Source: Desulfosoma sp. (GTDB lineage Bacteria; Desulfobacterota; Syntrophobacteria; Syntrophobacterales; DSM-9756). From it: 56,128 nt of DNA. Below are positions 28,062 through 36,497 of the stretch, in pieces. Each line of letters begins with the position of its first letter. The first letter of the stretch is position 1. Location of the stretch: the NCBI GenBank assembly GCA_037481835.1, contig JBBFKW010000019.1:1-56128 (forward strand), written 5' to 3'. Position numbers and translations under genes: made by a program. The notes beneath the pieces are model-generated. The model did no database searches and was not told the origin of the DNA. It was given only the letters and a program-made list of their open reading frames with translations.

Positions 28062-29684
28062 TCACTCCATCGGATGCGACCCCGCCGGGTCGTCTTCGGC
28101 TTTGCCGGCATAGCGCTCCAAAGTCCTCATGAATACGCGCACGGCCGCTTCCAGCTCTTCCTGGGCGTCGCGGTCCAACCGTTCGGCCCAGAGGTCCACT
28201 CGGCGACGGGCCTGGGCAACGCGCGCTTCCACACGGGCCAAAACGTCGTCCCATGGCGGTCGTGCTTCCCGCACCGCAACGGGAGGCACCGCCTTTTCAA
28301 ACACCAAGGTTTGTCCCAACTCGGGAAGCATGGTTTGGAAGCCGAATCGATTCCTGATCGTTTCCGCGAAAATGCGCCCGACTTCTTTTTCACCGTGGAT
28401 CACCACCACCTGGAGCTTGGGATTCGTAAAATTGGCGAGCCACTGCAGGAGTTCCTCCTGATCGGCGTGGGCGGAAAAACCGCCGATGGTATAGACCTTC
28501 GCCCGAACGACGATATCTTCCCCCAAAATCCGGACGGTCTTGGCCCCTTCAATGATCCGTCGACCGAGGGACCCCTCGGCCTGATACCCCACAATGACCA
28601 GCGAACAGCCGCGGCGCCATAAATTGTGCTTCAGGTGATGGAGAATCCGGCCCGCCGTGCACATGCCGTTTCCGGCAATGATCACCGCCGGGCCTTTGAG
28701 TTCGTTTAAGGCTTGGGAATCTTGGGCGGTGCGCGAAAAGACGAGCTCCGGGAAGGTGAAGGGATCCCGGCCCTGGTTGTAAATCTCTTGGGTTTCCTCA
28801 TCGAACTCATGAAACATCTTGCGAAAAATTTCCGTGGCCGCAATGGCCAAGGGGCTGTCCAGGTACACGGGAAGGCGCGGGATGGTTCCTTCTTGCAGCA
28901 GCCGACCGAGGACGTAGAGGATCTCCTGAGTGCGTTCCACGGCGAAGGCAGGGATGAGCACCTTTTGGCCTTGGTCGTAACTGTACCGGATCGCCTCGGC
29001 CAGTTCAGCCACGCTTTCCTCGAAGTTACGGTGCCGCCGATTCCCATAGGTGGACTCGATGAAAAGGACGTCCGCTTCGAAAATCTGCTGAGGGTCCTTG
29101 ACGATGAGCTGGTCTTTTCGGCCGATGTCCCCGGAAAAGACGACCTTGAGCCCGTTTCGCACATCGCCTTCCCACAGTTCCAGGATGGACGATCCCAGGA
29201 TGTGGCCGGCGTTTCGAAACCGCACCTTCACGGCGGTGGAAAGAGTTATGAGCGCGTCCTGAGAGACGATTTGGAAAAGGCCGAGGGCTTTTTCCGCATC
29301 GTCCGCGGTGTAGAGCGGCGGGACGGGATCTCGACCTTTTCGGAGGTTTTTCCGCGTCTGCCATTCGGCTTCCATTTCCTGGATATGGGCGGAGTCGAGA
29401 AGCAAAATGCGGCACAGTTCGGCCGTCGGGCCCGTGGCGTAAATGGGACCTCGAAAGCCGTCCTTGACAAGCTTGGGCAATCGGCCGCTGTGGTCGATGT
29501 GGGCGTGCGTCAGAAGCACCCCTTGAAGACTTGCCGGATCAAAGGGCCATTTTTGCCGGTTCAGAGCTTCCATGGCCTGCCCGCCCTGAAAAAGGCCGCA
29601 GTCCACGAGAAAGGATCCATCGCTTTCCACAAGAAAACAGGACCCTGTGACGCACCCGGCCGCACCGTACGCTGTGATTTTCAC
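28062..29684 (-). CDS. MBL-fold beta-CASP ribonuclease
   Basis: THAHIDHSG, AGHILG, FSGD, ESTYG, FSAHAD, IHGE. Confidence 0.93.
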   Translation of the reverse strand: MKITAYGAAGCVTGSCFLVESDGSFLVDCGLFQGGQAMEALNRQKWPFDPASLQGVLLTHAHIDHSGRLPKLVKDGFRGPIYATGPTAELCRILLLDSAHIQEMEAEWQTRKNLRKGRDPVPPLYTADDAEKALGLFQIVSQDALITLSTAVKVRFRNAGHILGSSILELWEGDVRNGLKVVFSGDIGRKDQLIVKDPQQIFEADVLFIESTYGNRRHRNFEESVAELAEAIRYSYDQGQKVLIPAFAVERTQEILYVLGRLLQEGTIPRLPVYLDSPLAIAATEIFRKMFHEFDEETQEIYNQGRDPFTFPELVFSRTAQDSQALNELKGPAVIIAGNGMCTAGRILHHLKHNLWRRGCSLVIVGYQAEGSLGRRIIEGAKTVRILGEDIVVRAKVYTIGGFSAHADQEELLQWLANFTNPKLQVVVIHGEKEVGRIFAETIRNRFGFQTMLPELGQTLVFEKAVPPVAVREARPPWDDVLARVEARVAQARRRVDLWAERLDRDAQEELEAAVRVFMRTLERYAGKAEDDPAGSHPME

Positions 29685-29783
29685 GCACACCTCCCTGGGT
29701 GGACGGCGGCCGAGGCCGCTCCTCCACCAGGAGACAGAGCCGGGGCCGCTCGCGCTCGCAACCGCACACGCGGCTGTTTCCCG

Positions 29784-30602
29784 TTAAATGAAATGGATCC
29801 CGAAAGGGACTTTTCGAAAAAGATGGGGATGCGCCGCACACCGCATCAAAGGCCATGTTCCCGGCGGCGGCCTTTCCCGGCTTCCAACCACCAAAAAGCC
29901 CCCCTCCACAAGGGAGCCCACTATGGGCCTCAAGGCCCGCTCCTGCTCGGGCGGCTCATAATACGTCAAAAGGTTGTTTCGAAGAAACACAAGATGCAGG
30001 GCTGAAGAAGGCGGGGGATCGCGGAGAAGGTCTCTTTGGTGCCACAGGATGCCCTCTTTGAGAAATCCCGAAACCGCGTACCGATCGCCCCCCGCAGGGA
30101 CAAAGAACGTCGAAAGCCGATCCGAAGAAACCTCTCGAAGGCTGCTCCGATGGTAGACGCCCTCGGATCCCGCATCGAGAAACCCGGGATGGAAGTCCGT
30201 CGCCCACAATTCCAGGGAGGGCATGCTTTCCCCGCGGGCCTCCCGTTCGTGCCATAGGATCTTCAGGCTGTAGACCTCTTCGCCGCGGGCGCAGCCCGCC
30301 GACCACGCCCGCAGCGGATCGCCGCACCACCGGATCAAGCCCGGCAAAAGCTCCGTTTCCAAGACGACCCACAGGCGCCGATCCCGAAAAAACCGGCTGA
30401 TGGGCACGGCCAACGCGCGACGCGCTTCTTCCCGCATCGCCTCGCTTTGCCGGCAGCGCTCCAGGAAGGCGGACACGGAACCGACGTCGCAGCGTGCCAT
30501 GAGCCCCATCAGGCGCTTTCGGGCTCCTTTTCGCACTTTGCGGTACCCGTGCCACGAAAGGCCGAAGGATCCCAAAACGGTTCGAAAATCCGCGTCGTCC
30601 AT
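29784..30602 (-). CDS. cheR: CheR-family methyltransferase, no che genes nearby
   Basis: ISRFFRD, AWSAGCARGEEVYSL, LVFLRNNLLTY. Confidence 0.85.
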   Translation of the reverse strand: MDDADFRTVLGSFGLSWHGYRKVRKGARKRLMGLMARCDVGSVSAFLERCRQSEAMREEARRALAVPISRFFRDRRLWVVLETELLPGLIRWCGDPLRAWSAGCARGEEVYSLKILWHEREARGESMPSLELWATDFHPGFLDAGSEGVYHRSSLREVSSDRLSTFFVPAGGDRYAVSGFLKEGILWHQRDLLRDPPPSSALHLVFLRNNLLTYYEPPEQERALRPIVGSLVEGGFLVVGSRERPPPGTWPLMRCAAHPHLFRKVPFGIHFI

Positions 30603-30684
30603 CCCATCTTCCCTCAGGGCCCTCGGCGGTTATACTGAAACGGAACCTGCACCCCCAAACACGTGGAAGAAAGCGACCGCATCC

Positions 30685-31791
30685 ATGGTTACTTTGGAAA
30701 ACCTTCGCGAGCAAGTCTTGAAAAACTGCCTGATCGCCGAAGCCAACTACGCCGGCACCTTTTCCTTGTGCGGCCTGGTCCTGCGCCTTCGGGATCTTTA
30801 CAAATGGGAAAAGGGTCTGCATCCGTGGGTGGAACCCGATTCGGCGCTGCTCCTCCAATGGATCGAACAGAGGGAATCGTCCTGGGATCCCTGGGTGGAT
30901 CAGCACTTTCAGCCCCTGGTTCTCAACGGCATCGTCCGAGATCCCTTCGATGTGGACGGCATCAATGAAGTCTTGGCCGGTTCGGGCGTCGTCTACGGCG
31001 CGGGCTACGTGGAAGGGCTGCGGCCCAGCTTCTTTCTCGGCGCCGTCGGCGAAATCATGGAAGCGGACGGCGCCGTCATCTTTTCCGTGGAACGGGAAAT
31101 CGTGCGCGACGTCTTCGCGTCCCCGGCCATGAGGCAAGGCGGGCGCATTTACATCCGCCACCAGCCCATGCTTTCGTTCCTCTGGGACCAAATCTTTGAA
31201 ATGCGCCCGTCCGCCCGATCGGCCCTCGGCTTCGCCTTCGCCGCCTACGGCCTGGATGTCCACACGGTGGCCCGGTCCCCGCAGCGGTACGCCGACGCCC
31301 TTCAAACCATCGCCCGGGACCAGCTCCACACATGGATCCATCACGAGCTGGGAGAATTCCACGAGGAAGCCTTCCGCGGCCATCTGTGGCACGACATCAT
31401 CGCCACATACCCCAACACGCCCATCGAGGTCTACGCCCGGGTCCTCAAGGATCTGTGCGCGGACACGGACGACAAGGGGCTCATCCGCCACATCGTGGAA
31501 AACCAGCGCCCGGCGGCGCTCGCCTTCTACGTCGCTTTCCTGAGACCCTTCACCCGTTTGCTTTTCCCGGAAATCCTCAAGGCCTTCAGCGCCTTTCGAA
31601 AATCCGGCCGATGGGACATCATCGAGGAGACGCGCCGCAAGGCCAAGGAAAAGTTCCACGAGCGCGCGGCGCACTTGGCGGCCTTGCACGAAAAAGGCCG
31701 TGAAAAAGGCGTCGCCCGGACCCGGGACGAAATCCTCCAAGCCTGCATCGCCCCTTTGGGCCTTCTGAAAAAGGAAGAAAAAAATTCTTGA
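30685..31791 (+). CDS. Conserved hypothetical protein (Sfum_1244 family-like)
   Basis: NC..A.A..AGTFSLCGLVLRLRDLYKWE, DPFD...IN, YGAGY, HHELGE; family recognised from memory. Confidence 0.7.
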   Translation: MVTLENLREQVLKNCLIAEANYAGTFSLCGLVLRLRDLYKWEKGLHPWVEPDSALLLQWIEQRESSWDPWVDQHFQPLVLNGIVRDPFDVDGINEVLAGSGVVYGAGYVEGLRPSFFLGAVGEIMEADGAVIFSVEREIVRDVFASPAMRQGGRIYIRHQPMLSFLWDQIFEMRPSARSALGFAFAAYGLDVHTVARSPQRYADALQTIARDQLHTWIHHELGEFHEEAFRGHLWHDIIATYPNTPIEVYARVLKDLCADTDDKGLIRHIVENQRPAALAFYVAFLRPFTRLLFPEILKAFSAFRKSGRWDIIEETRRKAKEKFHERAAHLAALHEKGREKGVARTRDEILQACIAPLGLLKKEEKNS

Positions 31792-31834
31792 CGGCCTTCT
31801 TTCATCATCATATAAGCATATTCGAATATGATGA
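31788..31834 (+). promoter_or_regulatory. Sigma70 promoter overlapped by a palindromic operator
   Basis: TTGACG (31788)-N17-TATAAG (31811); inverted repeat TCATCATAT-N12-ATATGATGA (31805-31834); perfect palindrome CATATTCGAATATG (31817-31830). Confidence 0.75.
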
Positions 31835-31853
31835 ACTCATGAGGAGCAAGGTC

Positions 31854-32228
31854 GTGCCCGGTCCGTACCGACATGAACGTTTGGAAAAGGCGGCGGATAT
31901 CCTTCGCGTCGTGGCCCATCCGGTTCGGCTGGGCATCCTTCAGGTCTTGGAAGACGGCGAAAAGAACGTCACCGAAATCTGTCAGGCGGTGGGGGCGGCC
32001 CAAGCCTACATCTCCCAGCAGTTGAACCTGCTCAAATCGCGCGGAGTTTTGGCTTCGCGCAAGAGCGGATCCCAGGTCTTCTACCGGATCGCTTTTCCGG
32101 CCGTTTTGAAGATCATCCAGTGCGTGTGCGCTCAAGAAGAAGGCTCGGAGCCGTCGGCCGGAGCGCCGGTCGACGAAAAAGATCGTCACAGTGCCCAGGG
32201 CAAGGAGGAATCATCCCATGGCAGATGA
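31854..32228 (+). CDS. ArsR/SmtB family transcriptional repressor
   Basis: AHPVRLGIL, HTH VTEICQAVG..QAYISQQL..LK, VFYRI, C-terminal CVC; GTG start with GAGGAG RBS (alternative ATG 31839). Confidence 0.9.
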   Translation: MPGPYRHERLEKAADILRVVAHPVRLGILQVLEDGEKNVTEICQAVGAAQAYISQQLNLLKSRGVLASRKSGSQVFYRIAFPAVLKIIQCVCAQEEGSEPSAGAPVDEKDRHSAQGKEESSHGR

Positions 32229-32682
32229 AGCACGGAACACCCCTGAATCCAAGAAATCCTGCACGTTTATTTGCAGCCGGGACACCCTGGACGGAGCCTA
32301 CCCGTCTTTAGTCCTGGGGCTCAACGCCGTCAGGCTCGGCATGGACGCCACCATTTTCTACACGTTCATGGGGATCAACGTCATTCGCAAGAATTATCAG
32401 GACAAGTGCCGTTTCATCCCGCCCGGCCCCATGGGCGCCATCCCAGGCATGGCGACCGTCGCCACCAAGATGATGCGCCAGAAGATGGACGCCGCCCAGA
32501 TCCCGTCCCTGGGGGAACTCCTGGAAATGGCCCAGCTTGAAGGCATCAAGCTCGTGGCGTGCAAGATGACGGTGGACATGATGGGCCTTTCCGCCGACGA
32601 GTTTATCGACGGGGTGGAAATCCAAACGGCGGAAGACTATCTCAAACACGCCGTAAACTGCCAAATCAACATGTTCACTTAA
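32218..32682 (+). CDS. DsrE/DsrF/DrsH-like (DsrE2 type) sulfur-carrier protein
   Basis: TIFYTFMG, MM..KM...IPSL.ELL..A...GIKLVACKMTVDMMG...F.DGVE; AAGGAGG RBS. Confidence 0.88.
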   Translation: MADEARNTPESKKSCTFICSRDTLDGAYPSLVLGLNAVRLGMDATIFYTFMGINVIRKNYQDKCRFIPPGPMGAIPGMATVATKMMRQKMDAAQIPSLGELLEMAQLEGIKLVACKMTVDMMGLSADEFIDGVEIQTAEDYLKHAVNCQINMFT

Positions 32683-32984
32683 ACCTTCGGCAGGCCCTTC
32701 CGGCCCCTTTCCCCGATCCGGCCTCTTTCTCGTTTGTAGACGTCTCCCTTCCGGGGTGGACCCGCGGGTCCGCCCCTTCACCGCCTCCTCGATGTCCGCC
32801 TTGCGCGGCCCAGCCATGCCCACGAGAAGAGCTTCGCCCATCCCTTTCGGCTTGGCGCAACGCCCCTTGGGCTTTCCGGTGCCGCGTTTCTCTGCCCGCT
32901 CTTGACCTTGAGGCCCTGAAAGGCCACTTTAGGGAACACCGAGGATCGTCAAAGTCACCACTAGGTTCCGGAGGAAATTTTCCC

Positions 32985-35900
32985 ATGTGGCGCGTGGTCC
33001 AAAGCCAGAGGATGGAACGGCTTTTGGAGGCATTCCTCCGGTCCCTGGAAGGACCTTTGGAGGCGACGGGACCGTCCGCCGGCGTAGGTTCAGCCTCCGT
33101 GGGGGAAGAGATCCCCGCGTTTTTGGAAAAAACACCGCCCCCCCAAAGCTTCGGCGATTCTTTCCGGAAAGATCCTTTCATTCCGGAGGTCGTCGTCGTG
33201 CAGGACATGGGGATGGCCCGCTGGATCACCCATGGGCTGGCTCAAGAGTTTGGAATCGCTGCGAACTTGCGGTTCCTCGTTCCCGCCGCCTTGGTCGATC
33301 TCGTCTATAGCGCTTGGCTCGAAGATGATGCCTCCGAGACGGCAGCCGAGGCCTGGAGCCGCCCCGCCCTCACCTGGCGTCTCTTTCGTCTCCTTGATAT
33401 CTGCCGCCGGGACGAACGGTTTTGTGAGCTTCACCATTACATGGCCGACGATCCCTCGGGACGCAAACGCTACGAGCTCGCGGGGCGGATCGCCGCCGTT
33501 TTCGATCGATACCTGGTCTACCGCCAGGACGTTCTCCTCTCGTGGGAAGGCGGCGAAGGCGACGGTTGGCAGCCTCAGCTCTGGCGTCTCTTGGTCGAAG
33601 ACATTCCCGAAGCCCATCAGGCTCGACGCCACCAGCGGTTCATGGAACAAGCCCGGCGTGGCCGTCGTCCACGGCGCCCGGAGCTGCTCCCGCACCGGGT
33701 GAGCCTGTTCGGGCTCGCCATGATCGCCCCGGTTCATCTTGAAGTTTTCCACATCCTGGCATCCCACATTCCCGTGACCCTCTATTACTTAAACCCCAGC
33801 CGGGAATACTGGGGGGATGTGCGCCCGATGTCCGCCGATTCCATAAATCCCCTCATGGCATCCTGGGCCCAAGCAGGTCGGTATCTTTTGGACCGCGTCC
33901 AGGAAATCCATGGATACCACGAAGACCGCTTCGACGACATTGTCCCGGACGCCCTCTTGAAGGCCGTCCAGCATGATATCCACACCCTGACGGATCGGAG
34001 AACGGCGGTACCGGAAGATCGGTTGCCTGTCGCCGACTTCGGTTCCATCCAGATCCACGCGTGCCACAGCCCCATGCGGGAAATCCAGGTGCTCCACGAC
34101 CGCATCGCCCATTTCCTGGAAACCCTCCCGGGTCTCACCCCGGAAGACATCGTGGTCATGGCGCCCGATATTGACACCTACGCCCCGTACGTGGAAGCGG
34201 TCTTCGGCACGCGGGACAATCCACGCCTTCCGTGGAACCTTTCGGAACGCAAATCCCCCGACGAAGACCCTCTGCTGGAAAAGATCCTGGATCTTTTGCG
34301 CCTTCCCCAGTGGCGCTGCACCGCGGCCGAAATCCTCGCGCTCCTGGAAACTCCTGCTGTGGCCGCCGCTTACGGTTTCGACGAAAAGGGCTTGGAACGG
34401 GTCCGCGCCTGGGTGCGGGACACAGGCATTCGATGGGGGCTGGACGAGGCCATGCGCCATGAACTAAATCTTCCAAGGGATCGGAGCCACACGTGGCGGA
34501 TGGGCCTGGAGCGCCTTCTTGCGGGATACGCCATGCCGCCGCAGGAAATTTTCTGGCGCGACGTGCTGTCGTACCCTCATGTGGAACCGGGGGATGCCGC
34601 GTGGCTTGGGGCCTTGCATGACCTTTTGGATACCCTTGACGCGTGGCGCCGGAGGCTTCAGGTTCCCAAAACCCCCGCCCAATGGCAAAGGGATTGTAAC
34701 GCCCTCGTGGACAGTTTTTTCACGCGAAAGCCTGCGCCGGGCGATGCCTTCCAGGAGTTTACGAAAGAAGGCCCTATGGACCTTCCCCGGCGTCGTAACG
34801 CCGTCTCTCTGGATCCTGAAGTGGAAGAATCCCTCGATCGGTTTCGAAACGCCGTGGATGCCGTCTGCAGCGCCGCAGAGGAGGCGGGCTGCTCGGATCC
34901 CGTTTCCATCGACGTGATCCGGGATTCTCTACGAAACATTTTGGCCGAATCACCAAATATCCGAAGATTCCTTTCGGGCGGCGTCACGTTTTGCAATCTC
35001 GTTCCCATGCGGGCCATTCCCTTCCGGGTGGTGTGGCTGCTGGGCATGAACGACGCCGATTTCCCCCGTTCGGAACGGCCCCCTCAATTTGACCTGACGG
35101 CACAGGATCCCCGTCCCGGTGACCGGCGCCGCCGGTGGGAAGACCGGTATCTTTTTCTTGAAGCCCTTCTTTCGGCGCGGGATGTGTTTTGTGTCAGTTA
35201 CGTGGGCCGAGACATTCGGGACAATTCGGAACGCGTGCCGTCCGTCGTGGTTTCCGAATTGTTGGACTATGTGGAGTCAAGTTACCGCATCCAAGATGAC
35301 CACGGGGATGAGGTGTTGGGTTCTTGTTGGGGTTCGCTTCGCTCACCCCAACCTACGGGTTTTTCCAAGGCGGATGCCCGTGCGGCGGACGCCTGCAGCC
35401 CAATCCCGTCCCTGCGGTCTCTCCTTCGGGTGGAGCATCCCCTGCAGCCCTTCAGTCGCCGTCTATTCGATGGTTCCGATCCCCGGCTCTTTTCCTACGA
35501 CGCCCAGTGGTTGGAAGCGGCCCAAACCCGCGAGGACCCCGCCCTCCCGCCGTTCATGCCCCCCGAAGCTGCTTTGCCCACGCCCGAGATTCGAGAAATC
35601 GCCTTGGACGAGCTGGTGCGGTTTTTTGAAAACCCAAGCGCTTACTTCCTGGAAAAACGCCTGGGCCTTGCCCTCCTGCGCCCCGAAGACCCCGTCGAAG
35701 AAGACGAACCCTTCGCTCCAAACACCTTGGATCGGTACTGGCTCGCTTCGGAAATCACCGACGCCCTGTTGCGCGGCGACGATGTCGAGGCGCTGCGTCG
35801 ACGGATCCGAGCCCGGGGGGCTTTGCCCCACGGCGCCGCGGGAGACGTGGTTTTCGATGACGTATACCAATCCGCCCTCGACCTGGCCCAAAAAGTCCTA

Positions 35901-36455
35901 TCCCAGGCGGGGTCCGTGCGACGCCAGGTGGAAGTGGACATCACGGTTGAGGGCGTGCGCATCTTCGGCCGGATCGGCGATGTGACCGAACGGGGTCGGC
36001 TGACCTACCGGCCGGCTGCAATCAAAGCCAAGGATCGGCTGAGGCTGTGGATCCGCCATCTCGGGCTGTGTGCCGCCCGTCCCGATGGCGTTTTCCTGGG
36101 GAGTGTCCACATCGGCACCGGCAAGAACCATGTCTTTCGCTTGGAACCCGTTTCCGACCCTGAAAGCTTCCTTGCGGACTTGGTTCGTTTCTGGGTGGAA
36201 GGCCAGGAAAAACCTTTGCCGTTCTTTCCCGAATCCAGCTGGGCTTACGCAAAAAAGTGCGGCGGCGCTCCGAGCCCCCATCCTCCGGCACGGCTCTGCG
36301 GCACCGCATGGGAAGACCGCTACAGGGAACTCGGCGACGCCTACGATCCTGCCGTCCGCACCGCCTTTCGCGGGCTCGATCCTCTGGACGGCCGTTTCGC
36401 CGAAATCGCCTGTGGCGTCTTTGGGCCCCTTGTGAAAGAAGCCAAGGAAAACTGA
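32985..36455 (+). CDS. recC: Exodeoxyribonuclease V gamma subunit
   Basis: SQRMERL, GIAANLRF, NPSREYWGD, HACHSPMREIQVLHD, DIVVMAPD, PMRAIPF, DRYLFLEALLSAR, HPLQPFS; GGAGG RBS. Confidence 0.95.
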   Translation: MWRVVQSQRMERLLEAFLRSLEGPLEATGPSAGVGSASVGEEIPAFLEKTPPPQSFGDSFRKDPFIPEVVVVQDMGMARWITHGLAQEFGIAANLRFLVPAALVDLVYSAWLEDDASETAAEAWSRPALTWRLFRLLDICRRDERFCELHHYMADDPSGRKRYELAGRIAAVFDRYLVYRQDVLLSWEGGEGDGWQPQLWRLLVEDIPEAHQARRHQRFMEQARRGRRPRRPELLPHRVSLFGLAMIAPVHLEVFHILASHIPVTLYYLNPSREYWGDVRPMSADSINPLMASWAQAGRYLLDRVQEIHGYHEDRFDDIVPDALLKAVQHDIHTLTDRRTAVPEDRLPVADFGSIQIHACHSPMREIQVLHDRIAHFLETLPGLTPEDIVVMAPDIDTYAPYVEAVFGTRDNPRLPWNLSERKSPDEDPLLEKILDLLRLPQWRCTAAEILALLETPAVAAAYGFDEKGLERVRAWVRDTGIRWGLDEAMRHELNLPRDRSHTWRMGLERLLAGYAMPPQEIFWRDVLSYPHVEPGDAAWLGALHDLLDTLDAWRRRLQVPKTPAQWQRDCNALVDSFFTRKPAPGDAFQEFTKEGPMDLPRRRNAVSLDPEVEESLDRFRNAVDAVCSAAEEAGCSDPVSIDVIRDSLRNILAESPNIRRFLSGGVTFCNLVPMRAIPFRVVWLLGMNDADFPRSERPPQFDLTAQDPRPGDRRRRWEDRYLFLEALLSARDVFCVSYVGRDIRDNSERVPSVVVSELLDYVESSYRIQDDHGDEVLGSCWGSLRSPQPTGFSKADARAADACSPIPSLRSLLRVEHPLQPFSRRLFDGSDPRLFSYDAQWLEAAQTREDPALPPFMPPEAALPTPEIREIALDELVRFFENPSAYFLEKRLGLALLRPEDPVEEDEPFAPNTLDRYWLASEITDALLRGDDVEALRRRIRARGALPHGAAGDVVFDDVYQSALDLAQKVLSQAGSVRRQVEVDITVEGVRIFGRIGDVTERGRLTYRPAAIKAKDRLRLWIRHLGLCAARPDGVFLGSVHIGTGKNHVFRLEPVSDPESFLADLVRFWVEGQEKPLPFFPESSWAYAKKCGGAPSPHPPARLCGTAWEDRYRELGDAYDPAVRTAFRGLDPLDGRFAEIACGVFGPLVKEAKEN
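35325..35356 (-). repeat. GTAG-type REP palindrome inside the recC coding sequence
   Basis: Minus strand GTAGGTTGGGGTGAGCGAAGCGAACCCCAACA: GTAG foot followed by a GTTGGGGT/ACCCCAAC stem with a GC-GAA-GC tip. Confidence 0.8.
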
Positions 36456-36497
36456 GAGAACTGAGGACTACTTGGGCATGAAAGGGAAATTCGGCCT

